64,000 bases of DNA from an uncultured Gammaproteobacteria bacterium (GTDB lineage Bacteria > Pseudomonadota > Gammaproteobacteria > JACCXJ01), in the NCBI GenBank assembly GCA_963764725.1, contig CAVXTM010000007.1, positions 54,819-118,818 of the forward strand. Direction: 5' to 3'. Within the stretch, counting starts at the first letter, position 1. Each line of letters begins with the position of its first letter. Below, piece after piece: positions 29,301 through 38,256 of this stretch. The notes under the pieces were generated by a model. The model searched no databases. It saw only the letters and a program-made list of their open reading frames with translations, and was not told the origin of the DNA. The position numbers and the translations under genes were made by a program.

Positions 29301-29481
29301 GGGAATCTTCGATTGATTCCGTAAGAAATCGGCGCAGGGAACGAAGTTCCTCAGCCTCACGTGGGTTATCGTCTTCCGGGATCCGTGCTATTGATTTGAT
29401 AATGGCTCGGAGCAGAGAACGGTGTTCTTTAGCCTTTGGCAGGTCGTCTTCCTGCAAGCTATGTCTTGTTGATTCCGTCAT
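26320..29481 (-). CDS. Wzc/GumC polysaccharide co-polymerase tyrosine autokinase with ~280-aa N-terminal extension
   Basis: Wzz-type TM1 and TM2, coiled coil, Walker A EGKTT, VDADLR, ILDSPPV, C-terminal Tyr cluster; GAGG RBS. Confidence 0.9.
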   Translation of the reverse strand: MTESTRHSLQEDDLPKAKEHRSLLRAIIKSIARIPEDDNPREAEELRSLRRFLTESIEDSPQEDGTPENEDPAEHELPYSNLKNEHRLLAEIERCTNAGQIVELLDKQGVLTAQVGHWRRRHGRPKEVGSKSSIIDAFMHEITDAFVTESIEHTPRPDNAPVATASRSLLRSLADTIRRIQRQAVRPEANELHSLLQALGDSIEDFPQDDNAPEGEYERRYFDADRERRILKQVGRCNNVTQVLEIFDREGISTAQISAWRRRRVKSGELHVKRRREDKDMSGITTINNPGSSLINNPGRPLMMSNEAASGEALVSASSSISLADVFSTLRRRRWILMGVVGALLALTTVVLFMLTPRYEAEAAIMVDGQERVNIGIPEVMPNLPMDSQTIASEIEVLLGRSMAGKAVDQLKLVQDPEFNAALQSKTEFAEFIEQLKKTVAQVFSSPEEEPESDAQRQARERAAVIDTFLGQLSVAPKGQSRVITVAFASEGAEKASNIANAVADLYIGARIENKLGAARQTTEWLDERIAAVRKQVEDSEKAVEKYRREAGLIQGRDGTLVAQEISELNTQLVQARAERAAAQARLREQRRGLTSADGSADSIAEVLGSGLIQALRGQETELARKSAELSEDLGERHPTMLQLQAERRDLQTKIEAEIGKISRGLQHEADIASAREYAFQSRLRELEKQVAKSNESDVQLRSLQAEADANKVLLETFLTRTKESNSQEYLGARQADAHVISYADVPIKPTHPRKKLILALAFVVSLFIAFTVVYVIEELDPGFRSSEQIERAVGLPALGSIPKFGGFGNIGRKLESYILKQPRSAITESFHALYTSIRFSPLGVPPRTVLIASSLPLEGKTTIALCLARLWALTGQQVLIVDADLRTPKIHSTLGIKREPGLIEILDDEVSFDDAIRTDEASGACVICAGRPVTNPNYYINSERLDVLLDQLASKFDLVILDSPPVMAVTDSRVLATKVDTTVYIAKWASTRREIVKYGIKMIASAGGRMSGVVLSMVDSKIHAASRFPDAAAYYTSLNKYYMKLPKHTQLS

Positions 29482-30214
29482 AACTGCCTCTATTCTCAAA
29501 CTTTTAGTGCTATCCCGCTACCCTTATCACGAATTGATTCCGAAGGCCTTGCTTCTTTCCAATCATCAATTTCCTCTTGTAGTGGGCATGCGTCCGGGTA
29601 ATACCCTCGCAAAAAAGTATATACGCCTTTTCATGCGTACGATTCATATGATTCCACTCGAGGCGCCCCCATCGCCAAGGGCAAAGGATTGCAGACTGCT
29701 GTGTGCGTTTGTGCCTTCCATGTTCTTACCCCATGTCCGTGCGAGGCGCTGACGGCCGTTTTTCAATGGGTGCGGAGCGAAAAGATAAACCTTCTTGCCC
29801 GCGTTGCAAGGACAGCAGATCCACTATCCTAAGGTATTAAACATACTAGAGCCTGATCGGGTTCAGATGTCAATAGTGGACTACAAATACCTAACGCAAT
29901 AAGCTGTAACCGTTAGCACTTACGGCCAATCCGGCGTGCGTTAACGGCGCGAAAACGATACCGGGGCCGATTTATTCGGAGAAGCATCGCTTCAATAGGG
30001 AGTATAGTTACCGAATAGAGTACTATTAGAGATGGAGACTTTGAGCCTACAAGATCGAAAATTCGAATTTGAAAGCGTACTAAGAAAACAAAAAACGGGA
30101 AGTAGAACACAAAAAAATACTAGATCCCTGAAAGGCTTGTACGGTCAAACGTGCCACGTCGAAGAATGCTAGCCGAGAATATGGCGGGTTGAGGATCATC
30201 AGGAGGGACGCACT

Positions 30215-31657
30215 GTGAATAGTGTTCAGTACATGGATAACCTAAGGGGTTCTCGTGGATTGATTCGTCCGGATCAATCCACGTTGAACGGGATGCTCCG
30301 CGTGATAGATGGAGCTATTATCGCCGGGAGCTTATGGGCTGCCTGTTCGATTTATGGGGTGCTTTGGCCGGACCAATATAATTGGGTGGCCATTTGCGCA
30401 GTAGCCTTCTTTTTATGGTTCTCAGAAAATAACGGCCTCTATAGCTCTCGGCGTGGCATTCTCTTACGTGAAGAGACGAGCCAGGTTTTAAAGGCATGGC
30501 TGCATTCCGTCGTGGGCCTATTGCTCCTGGCCTATCTCACGCATAAATCAACAGAGTACTCCCGGCGAATAATATTAACCTGGGTTGCCCTCGTGCCTGT
30601 ATGCCTAGTCGGTATACGTTGTAGTCTGCGTATTCTCCTACGCTACGTTCGCGCACTAGGATACAACTCGCGCAAGGTGGCGATCGTAGGATTAAGTGAA
30701 TTAGCGGGTCGGGTGGCCCATGTAATTCATAGCAGGCCAGATCTCGGGATGGAATTGTCCGGGTTTTACGACGATAGGCAGCCGAATAATGGTAGAACGC
30801 TCGGTATTAACACAAACCTAGCTCCTATTCGGGGTGGTTTCGATAACTTACTGCAGGATGCACGTACAGGGCTAGTAGACGTAATCTACGTTGTTTCGCC
30901 GTTACGTGCCGAACAGCGGGTAAAGGATCTGATCTTTAAGCTCGCAGACACTACAGCATCGGTTTACGTGGTGCCTGACTTTTTTACGTTCGATCTGTTG
31001 CGCGCTCGTTGGATGAGCCTGGATGGAATCCCGGCTGTGAGCATCCATGACACGCCGTTCGATGGCGTAGACGGCGTATTTAAGCGCATGGAAGATATTA
31101 TTGTCGCTAGCACTTGTTTAGTCGCCGTTTCGATTCCAATGGTGTTTATCGCTATAGGCATTAGGCTTTCCTCTCCAGGCCCGATCCTTTTTAAGCAACG
31201 CCGTTATGGCATCAATGGGGAAAAGATAGACGTTTTGAAGTTTCGAACAATGACCGTCTGCGAGAACGGAGCGAGCGTAAATCAGGCCAAAGAAAACGAT
31301 CCGCGCGTCACCAAGTTGGGTCGCTTCTTGCGCAGAACGTCACTGGATGAGTTGCCGCAATTCATTAACGTCTTGCAAGGTCAAATGTCCATCGTCGGCC
31401 CACGTCCACATGCCGTAGCCCACAATGAAGAATACCGCTCCTTGCTGCAAGGTTACATGTTACGGCACAAAGTAAAACCTGGCATCACCGGTTGGGCACA
31501 GATTAACGGCCTGCGTGGCGAGACAGATACCATCGATAAAATGCAAATGCGACTACAATTTGATCTTGACTATATTCGATCGTGGTCACCGTATTTCGAT
31601 CTGAAAATTATCCTTACTACGATGTTCATAGTCTTTCTCGGAAAGAACGCCTATTAA
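30215..31657 (+). CDS. wcaJ: Undecaprenyl-phosphate glucose phosphotransferase (WcaJ-type)
   Basis: N-terminal TMs; KFRTM, DPRVTKLGRFLRRTSLDELPQF, VGPRPHA, VKPGITGWAQING. Confidence 0.9.
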   Translation: MNSVQYMDNLRGSRGLIRPDQSTLNGMLRVIDGAIIAGSLWAACSIYGVLWPDQYNWVAICAVAFFLWFSENNGLYSSRRGILLREETSQVLKAWLHSVVGLLLLAYLTHKSTEYSRRIILTWVALVPVCLVGIRCSLRILLRYVRALGYNSRKVAIVGLSELAGRVAHVIHSRPDLGMELSGFYDDRQPNNGRTLGINTNLAPIRGGFDNLLQDARTGLVDVIYVVSPLRAEQRVKDLIFKLADTTASVYVVPDFFTFDLLRARWMSLDGIPAVSIHDTPFDGVDGVFKRMEDIIVASTCLVAVSIPMVFIAIGIRLSSPGPILFKQRRYGINGEKIDVLKFRTMTVCENGASVNQAKENDPRVTKLGRFLRRTSLDELPQFINVLQGQMSIVGPRPHAVAHNEEYRSLLQGYMLRHKVKPGITGWAQINGLRGETDTIDKMQMRLQFDLDYIRSWSPYFDLKIILTTMFIVFLGKNAY

Positions 31658-31754
31658 TACCCCTCCGTAGTGAAGATTGCCGCAGAGATCCGTGTTGCAG
31701 CCGTATATCGGAAACATTAACGCTGGGCCTTGAAATCGTCCAGGGAGTTGAAAT

Positions 31755-32804
31755 ATGCGTGTTTTAGTGACTGGACATTGTGGCTACATTGGCAGCGTGC
31801 TCGTACCGATGCTTCTCTGTGAAGGGCATGAGGTCGTCGGACTAGACAGCGACTTATTCGAACGCTGCACCTTTACGGGAACGCTAGCCGATGTACCGCA
31901 TGTAAAAAAAGACATCCGCGATGTCAATAAAACCGATCTCGTCGGGTTCGATGCGATTATTCACCTAGCCGGATTATCCAATGATCCCCTGGGAGATTAC
32001 AAACCAAGTTTAACGGAGGAAATTAATGAGAAGGCATCCATACGCCTCGCCACACTCGCGAAAGAGGTCGGCGTTCGTAGATTCCTGTTTGCTTCGTCTT
32101 GCAGTAACTACGGTGCCGCCGGTAGCGATTTTCTAACGGAAACAGCTCCGTTCAACCCTGTAACACCTTATGGCCTATCCAAAGTTAACGTGGAAAAAGC
32201 CGTCTCTAGGCTTGCGGATAACACCTTCAGTCCCACCTTCTTGCGTGCCTCTACGGCCTATGGTCTCTCGCCCCGCTTACGCTTCGACCTCGTCTTAAAT
32301 AATCTAATCGCCTGGGCATTTACTTCAGGTCGCGTATATATGAAAAGCGATGGAACACCTTGGCGGCCCATCGTACACGTGGAGGACATAGCACGGGCAT
32401 ATGCGAGTATCTTAACTGCGCCGCGCGGGCTGATACACAACGAGGCATTCAATATAGGCGCGACGTCGGAGAATTATCAAATTTGCGACCTTGCAGAAAT
32501 CGTAAAGGATATAGTGCCGAATTGCCGTATCGAATATGCGCCCGATGCGAGTCCCGATTTGCGTTGCTACCGAGTCGATTGCACTAAGATTGCAAAAACT
32601 TTACACGGTTTTAAACCTCAATGGACAGCCCGCCGAGGGGCCGAGCAATTGTATCTGGCATATAACAATGTAGGCTTGACGATCGAAGATTTTGAAGGGG
32701 AGAAATTCAAGCGCATTTCTCACGTAACAAAATTAATCGCGGACGGTATGCTGGATGACTCGTTGCGTCCACGGTCCGCCCAAGAAACCGCTGCTATGGC
32801 CTAA
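31755..32804 (+). CDS. NAD-dependent epimerase/dehydratase
   Basis: TGHCGYIG, HLAGLSNDP, YGLSK, RLRFDLVLN. Confidence 0.9.
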   Translation: MRVLVTGHCGYIGSVLVPMLLCEGHEVVGLDSDLFERCTFTGTLADVPHVKKDIRDVNKTDLVGFDAIIHLAGLSNDPLGDYKPSLTEEINEKASIRLATLAKEVGVRRFLFASSCSNYGAAGSDFLTETAPFNPVTPYGLSKVNVEKAVSRLADNTFSPTFLRASTAYGLSPRLRFDLVLNNLIAWAFTSGRVYMKSDGTPWRPIVHVEDIARAYASILTAPRGLIHNEAFNIGATSENYQICDLAEIVKDIVPNCRIEYAPDASPDLRCYRVDCTKIAKTLHGFKPQWTARRGAEQLYLAYNNVGLTIEDFEGEKFKRISHVTKLIADGMLDDSLRPRSAQETAAMA

Positions 32805-32909
32805 ACGGCTCACGAGGAGAAAGACACGAATAGATAGCCTGCCACTTATCGTTGTCACGGCCGGTGTAGCGAGCCGCATCGTACTAAGATGACTGAGGAG
32901 AGAGGTTAA

Positions 32910-33683
32910 ATGAAAGCAGTGATACTCGCAGGTGGATTTGGCACCAGGATCAGCGAGGAAAGCAGCATAAGGCCTAAGCCGATGGTGGAGATTGGAGACC
33001 GGCCCATACTATGGCACGTCATGAAAATCTACTCCGCCCACGGTATCAACGAATTTATCATCTGCTGCGGCTACAGAGGATACGTGATCAAGGAGTTTTT
33101 TACAAACTATTATCTGCATTACTCCGATGTAACTTTCGATATACGTAATAATTCAATGAAGGTGCGTCAAAGCAGTGCCGAACCGTGGATAGTCACACTC
33201 GTCGATACGGGTATTGACGTAATGACTGGAGGTCGAATTAAGCGGGTACGCGATTATATCGAGAACGAAACGTTCTGCCTTACCTACGGAGATGGTGTTA
33301 GCGACGTGAACATTCGTGAACTTGTAGCCTTTCATCGCCGGCAGGCGACGTTAGCTACACTCACCGCTGTACAGATGGAAGGCCGATTTGGTGCGTTTAA
33401 ACTTGACGAATGCGATACAAAGATTGGAAGCTTCCGGGAAAAGCCAAAAGGTGATGGAGCGTGGATCAACGGCGGTTTCTTTGTACTGGAACCGCAAGTT
33501 TTGGATTTAATCACCGATGATTCGACCGTCTGGGAACAAGAACCGCTGACCACCTTAGCCCATGCAGGACAATTGTCGGCTTACCGTCACCCGGGCTTTT
33601 GGCACTGTTTGGATACGTTGAGGGATAAAAACGTACTAGAGCAGGCTTGGCAAAGCGGGGTTCCCCCTTGGAAAGTCTGGTGA
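32910..33683 (+). CDS. rfbF: Glucose-1-phosphate cytidylyltransferase
   Basis: LAGGFGTRISEE, PKPMVEIG, TGGRIKR, TYGDG, INGGFF, DTLRDK, PWKVW. Confidence 0.93.
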   Translation: MKAVILAGGFGTRISEESSIRPKPMVEIGDRPILWHVMKIYSAHGINEFIICCGYRGYVIKEFFTNYYLHYSDVTFDIRNNSMKVRQSSAEPWIVTLVDTGIDVMTGGRIKRVRDYIENETFCLTYGDGVSDVNIRELVAFHRRQATLATLTAVQMEGRFGAFKLDECDTKIGSFREKPKGDGAWINGGFFVLEPQVLDLITDDSTVWEQEPLTTLAHAGQLSAYRHPGFWHCLDTLRDKNVLEQAWQSGVPPWKVW

Positions 33684-34091
33684 AAGCCTGTAGCCTTTTT
33701 AACGCGCTCTGCGTCTTCTTATGCGGCCCTAACGTAGACCCAGCTGCATAAATTCTGTTGTTTAGTGGCTAGAAAAACGCGCCGGTCAGGGTTTTATCGG
33801 GTCTTAAGCTTTTCGCTGCACATATCAGCATTCGCCATCGTTCCCTTTTTATTCGCACTCGAGTCGAATTCCTTCGTAACCAAAGCGTGGAGCAGGTGGC
33901 TTTCGAAATTACAGGATCGCGATATCCACATTGTCCACATAATGAACCTTTTCTACTGGGAGCACTGGGCCCGAAACTTCGGCGCGATAGGTCAAGCCGA
34001 GTGGGTCATCATTAAGGACGAATTCACCGTATAGCTCGCTGTGAGTTCGCACACTAACGCCTTAATGATTTTAGCACCGGCTAACGCGATT

Positions 34092-35210
34092 ATGGTGCCC
34101 ACCCGTGCGATTATCGATCTCGCCGCACTTCGACACAATATTAACATTGTCAAATCCTGTAATTCTCCCGGCACACTCATCCTCGCCATGCTTAAAGCAA
34201 ACGCATACGGGCATGGACTCGTCGAGATTGCCAGAGAAGCCGCGGCTGCTGGAGTTGAGTTTTTCGGGATCGCTCGTGTGGAAGAGGGACTGGTGCTGCG
34301 CAGGGCTGGCTTTAGGCAACACCTTCTGCTTCTCGAAATCGTTAGAGGCGAGAGAGCGGAGGTTGCCATTTCGGAGGGACTCGAGCTCACGGTTGCGTCG
34401 CTGTCGAATGCACGGGAGTTGGATAAGGTCGCAATGAAACTTGGAAGGCGGGTGGTCCTCCATGTCAAAGTTGATACGGGAATGGGGCGAATCGGGATGC
34501 ACCACGCAGCGGCTGCAAAAGAAATCGTAGAGATCGCGAGGCTTCGGAATGTCACTATCGGCAGCGTCTTTAGCCATTTCGCCACCTCCGAAGACCCTGA
34601 TCAAACCTTCGCGCGCGAGCAGCTTGGCCACTTTCACGCTGTCCTCGAAAACCTTGATCGCGAGGGCGTAAAGGTTCCCCTCCGTCATTTTGCCAATAGC
34701 GGTGCCATCATGACGCTTCCAGAAGCCCACTTCGATATGGTCCGCGCCGGTATCATGTTATATGGCTACGCGCCGGGCGAAGGTATGGATGCGCGTGGAC
34801 TACGTCCGGTGATGTCACTGGTGTCCACGGTGAATTTTCTCAAGACGGTCGAGGCTGGCACCTCCATTTCGTATAACCGCTACTATGTCCCAGAAACAAC
34901 GCAGATCGCGACGGTTCTGGCCGGTTACGCGGACGGATTCTCGCGGTTACTAACCGGGAAGGGTCACGTGCTGATCAAAGGCCGACGCTATCCTATCGTT
35001 GGAACGGTCTGTATGGATATGATCATGGTCGACGTTGGGATGGATGAAGAGGTGCAGGAGGGTGACAGTGTCACGTTGATGGGGCAAGACGGCGCTGAAT
35101 GGATCACAGCTTGGGATATCGCCAGTCTTAGCGAGACGATTCCGTACGAAATTACCTGTCACATCGCCGGCAGGATCCCGCTCATCTACGTGAACCCATC
35201 AGGATCCTAA
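34092..35210 (+). CDS. alr: Alanine racemase
   Basis: KANAYGHG (PLP Lys), HVKVDTGMGRIG, SHFA, GYADG, VGTVCMD, TIPYEI. Confidence 0.9.
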   Translation: MVPTRAIIDLAALRHNINIVKSCNSPGTLILAMLKANAYGHGLVEIAREAAAAGVEFFGIARVEEGLVLRRAGFRQHLLLLEIVRGERAEVAISEGLELTVASLSNARELDKVAMKLGRRVVLHVKVDTGMGRIGMHHAAAAKEIVEIARLRNVTIGSVFSHFATSEDPDQTFAREQLGHFHAVLENLDREGVKVPLRHFANSGAIMTLPEAHFDMVRAGIMLYGYAPGEGMDARGLRPVMSLVSTVNFLKTVEAGTSISYNRYYVPETTQIATVLAGYADGFSRLLTGKGHVLIKGRRYPIVGTVCMDMIMVDVGMDEEVQEGDSVTLMGQDGAEWITAWDIASLSETIPYEITCHIAGRIPLIYVNPSGS

Positions 35211-35468
35211 TGATGCTGCAGCCTAAAGCCCCTTTAGCCTACGCGATATTCAAACCTCCAGGCGGATTTGGGGGATCCCAGGTATTCAGCTGGTGGCGAC
35301 GCGTCGATCACGTGGCTGTTGAAATCAGAAATGTTTTAACTGCTTCAATAGGCCAATCCGTTTGACGAAAAGCAACGGACCATGGCTAGCGCTCGTGACG
35401 TTGTCGATGACACGCGAGGCGTTGGAATAGCTCTACACTGTGGGAATTCGAACAAGACGGTTACCAGG

Positions 35469-36014
35469 ATGCTCTTTTTCGAAACAGCATTGAAAGGCGC
35501 ATACTTGATCGAACCGCAACCGAGAGTCGATCCGCGGGGCCTTTTCGCGAGGACTTTTTGCGTCGAAGAATTTAAAGCCCACGGTCTAAACGTTTTCGTT
35601 GCTCAATGCAATCTATCGTTGAACTTTAAAAGAGGAACCTTACGTGGATTGCACTATCAAACCTCTCCCGCAAGCGAGACGAAGCTAGTCCGCTGCACGG
35701 CGGGTGCGATCTTCGATGTCATCGTCGACCTGCGTCCCGGCTCTTCCACCTATCTAGGCCACTGTTATATAGAATTAACTTCGGAAAATCGACGCATGTT
35801 ATACATCCCCGCGATGTTCGCACATGGATTTCAGACTTTGGTCGACGACACTGAGGTGTTTTATCAGATGGGTAGCTCTTATGTCCCTGCTTGCCAGCAT
35901 GGTTTGCGTTATGATGACCCTACGCTCGATATTAAATGGCCAATTCCGGTTACCGAAATCGCTGACAAGGATCTTGCCTGGCCGTTGCTGGCGACAAGTC
36001 AGAATGCTCGATGA
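35469..36014 (+). CDS. rfbC: dTDP-4-dehydrorhamnose 3,5-epimerase family protein
   Basis: GTLRGLHYQ, KLVRC, VDLRP, FAHGFQTL, DDPTLDIKWP. Confidence 0.88.
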   Translation: MLFFETALKGAYLIEPQPRVDPRGLFARTFCVEEFKAHGLNVFVAQCNLSLNFKRGTLRGLHYQTSPASETKLVRCTAGAIFDVIVDLRPGSSTYLGHCYIELTSENRRMLYIPAMFAHGFQTLVDDTEVFYQMGSSYVPACQHGLRYDDPTLDIKWPIPVTEIADKDLAWPLLATSQNAR

Positions 36015-36180
36015 TCGCGCTAACAGATAGCCAACCAGGCATTGGCGGTGCGAAGTGATCGGATTGATTCCGGCAACTCCGGTCGGCGTTCGGACTTCAG
36101 GTCCATCCTTGCCGTCGCAGCACGGCTGCGACTGAGTGTGCGCTTCTGACGGTTAACCCGAACCACTCACGCCTGGGAAT

Positions 36181-37077
36181 ATGTTCGGCACCCTAGAGCT
36201 TCAGTTCACGGCCTCGTGGCGATCGTATGTCGATCTGTGTAAGCCGCGCGTAGTTGCATTGATCATGCTTACGGCTATCGTCGGCATGCTGCTCGCGCCA
36301 TCGCTCGCGCTCCAACCCTTGATTTGCGGTACGGCCGGAATCGCATTGGCGGCTGCCGCGGCCGCGGTTATCAATCACGTGGCTGATCATCGAATCGACG
36401 CATTAATGATCCGGACCCAGCATAGACCGCTGCCGCAAGGATCCGTAGACAAGTCCCACGCGCTGATCTTCGCGGCGATAATGAGTGCGGCGTCAATGAC
36501 GTTATTGATCGCCTATGTCAACCTGTTGACGGCGGTCTTAACGGCAGTGTCTCTGATCGGCTATGCTGTGGTATACACACTGTACCTGAAGCGAGCGACA
36601 CCGCAAAACATTGTCATCGGCGGGGCAGCCGGAGCGGCGCCTCCGGTTCTAGGCTGGGTTGCGATGACCGGCACCATCGATCCCCACGCCTTGTTGTTGT
36701 TTCTGATCATTTTCGCCTGGACACCGCCGCACTTCTGGTCGCTGGCCATTTACCGCCGCCATGACTACGCGCGCGCGGACATCCCAATGCTGCCCATTAC
36801 CCACGGAGTCGACTACACACGCCTGCAGATCTTTCTTTACACCGTGATTTTATCCGTGGTGAGCTTACTACCCTTCGCAACGTATATGAGTGGAATGCTT
36901 TATCTTACGGGCGCCATCGTTCTCGATGCGCTCTTCCTGTATCACGTCGTGCGCATGCAACGCGATCCTACCGACCGTTGGGCAATGAAGACCTTTACCT
37001 TTTCGATCGTCTATCTGGCGGGGCTGTTCTTGTTGCTCCTGGCCGACCGCGTGGCGACCATCCATGCCCTCCTTTAG
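36181..37077 (+). CDS. cyoE: Protoheme IX farnesyltransferase (heme o synthase)
   Basis: LCKPRVV, DALMIRTQHRPLP, LKRATPQNIVIGG, WTPPHFWSLA. Confidence 0.93.
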   Translation: MFGTLELQFTASWRSYVDLCKPRVVALIMLTAIVGMLLAPSLALQPLICGTAGIALAAAAAAVINHVADHRIDALMIRTQHRPLPQGSVDKSHALIFAAIMSAASMTLLIAYVNLLTAVLTAVSLIGYAVVYTLYLKRATPQNIVIGGAAGAAPPVLGWVAMTGTIDPHALLLFLIIFAWTPPHFWSLAIYRRHDYARADIPMLPITHGVDYTRLQIFLYTVILSVVSLLPFATYMSGMLYLTGAIVLDALFLYHVVRMQRDPTDRWAMKTFTFSIVYLAGLFLLLLADRVATIHALL

Positions 37078-37286
37078 ACCGGCCCCCCGGCGACGACAAC
37101 TCAGCAGTGGGTTCGATCACAAACCACGCCGGTTACTGGAGCTTTGGGTATTGCGTTATGCGCGCTTCCTGCTGGCGGCGGCTTAGCGGCTATATGCGCC
37201 CCCCACAGGAATACTGTTTCGCGGTTTTTCCTAGCGCTCTATTTGACCTCGACCTGGTATCGCGTGCGCCAATAACGCCCGGCGGA

Positions 37287-38177
37287 TCACTGACTCGGCG
37301 CGGGGAGCAATGGCGTGGCGTCGAGCGTCAAGCGCAGTTTTTTGAAGGCGGACTTCTCGAGTTGCCGGATCCGTTCCGCCGAGACCGCGTACTTGCGCGC
37401 GAGATCGTGGAGTGTGCATTTGTCCTCTTGCAACCACCGCCGGGTCACAATGTCCCGGCTGCGTTGGTCAAGGGTAGCCAGCGCCGTATTCAGGAGCTCT
37501 TCCCGATCGTGATGCATCTCGTCATTTTCGGCCAGCGCCTGGGGCTCGAAGCGCCGATCCTCCAGGTAATTCGCGGGCGCCGCGGCATCCTCATCGTTGG
37601 CGTGATCATAGGACGTGTCGAAGGCGTTAAGGCGCTCTTCCATCTCCACGACGGTCCGTGGATGCACCCCGAGATCCCGCGCCACGTCTTGCACTTCCTC
37701 TTGGCTCATCCACCCGAGGCGTTTCTTGGCGTTGCGCAGATTGAAGAATAGCTTACGCTGGGCCTTGGTGGTGGCGACTTTGACGATGCGCCAGTTGCGC
37801 AAGATGAACTCATGCATCTCGGCGCGGATCCAGTGCACGGCGAAGGATACTAACCGTACGCCGACGGCCGGGTCAAAACGCTTGACGGCCTTCATGAGAC
37901 CGATATTGCCTTCCTGGATCAGATCCGCCTGCGCCAAGCCGTAACCGTTGTACCCGCGCGCCACGCGCACCACAAAGCGTAGATGCGACATGACCAATCG
38001 GCGGGCGGCGTCTAAATCATCATCGTGGCGATATCGCAGCGCCAGTTCCTGCTCCTCGGCGGCGCTCAGCATCGGTATCCGATTGACGGAATTGATGTAG
38101 GTCGCAAGGGAGCCCGTGGGCAGCGTAAGCGGTAATTCCAAGGCTTGGGTCATCGAAGCTATTTTCTCCGTATTCAC
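37287..38177 (-). CDS. rpoH: RNA polymerase sigma-32 factor
   Basis: RpoH box [39 protein letters not shown]. Confidence 0.97.
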   Translation of the reverse strand: MNTEKIASMTQALELPLTLPTGSLATYINSVNRIPMLSAAEEQELALRYRHDDDLDAARRLVMSHLRFVVRVARGYNGYGLAQADLIQEGNIGLMKAVKRFDPAVGVRLVSFAVHWIRAEMHEFILRNWRIVKVATTKAQRKLFFNLRNAKKRLGWMSQEEVQDVARDLGVHPRTVVEMEERLNAFDTSYDHANDEDAAAPANYLEDRRFEPQALAENDEMHHDREELLNTALATLDQRSRDIVTRRWLQEDKCTLHDLARKYAVSAERIRQLEKSAFKKLRLTLDATPLLPAPSQ

Positions 38178-38187
38178 GTTGGCTAGT

Positions 38188-38214
38188 TTAGCACCCCTCG
38201 GATAAGAGTGCTAT
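38188..38214. promoter_or_regulatory. CIRCE element (HrcA operator) upstream of rpoH
   Basis: TTAGCACCC-N9-GAGTGCTAT versus consensus TTAGCACTC-N9-GAGTGCTAA; exact spacing, 10 bp from the start codon. Confidence 0.85.
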
Positions 38215-38256
38215 TTTAACCATAGGTTCCTGCAGCGGCGCGCTCACAGCGAGGAC

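Noticed and set aside
33765-34034. 89-aa ORF between rfbF and alr
   Set aside because: No RBS or recognisable motif; coding status cannot be supported.
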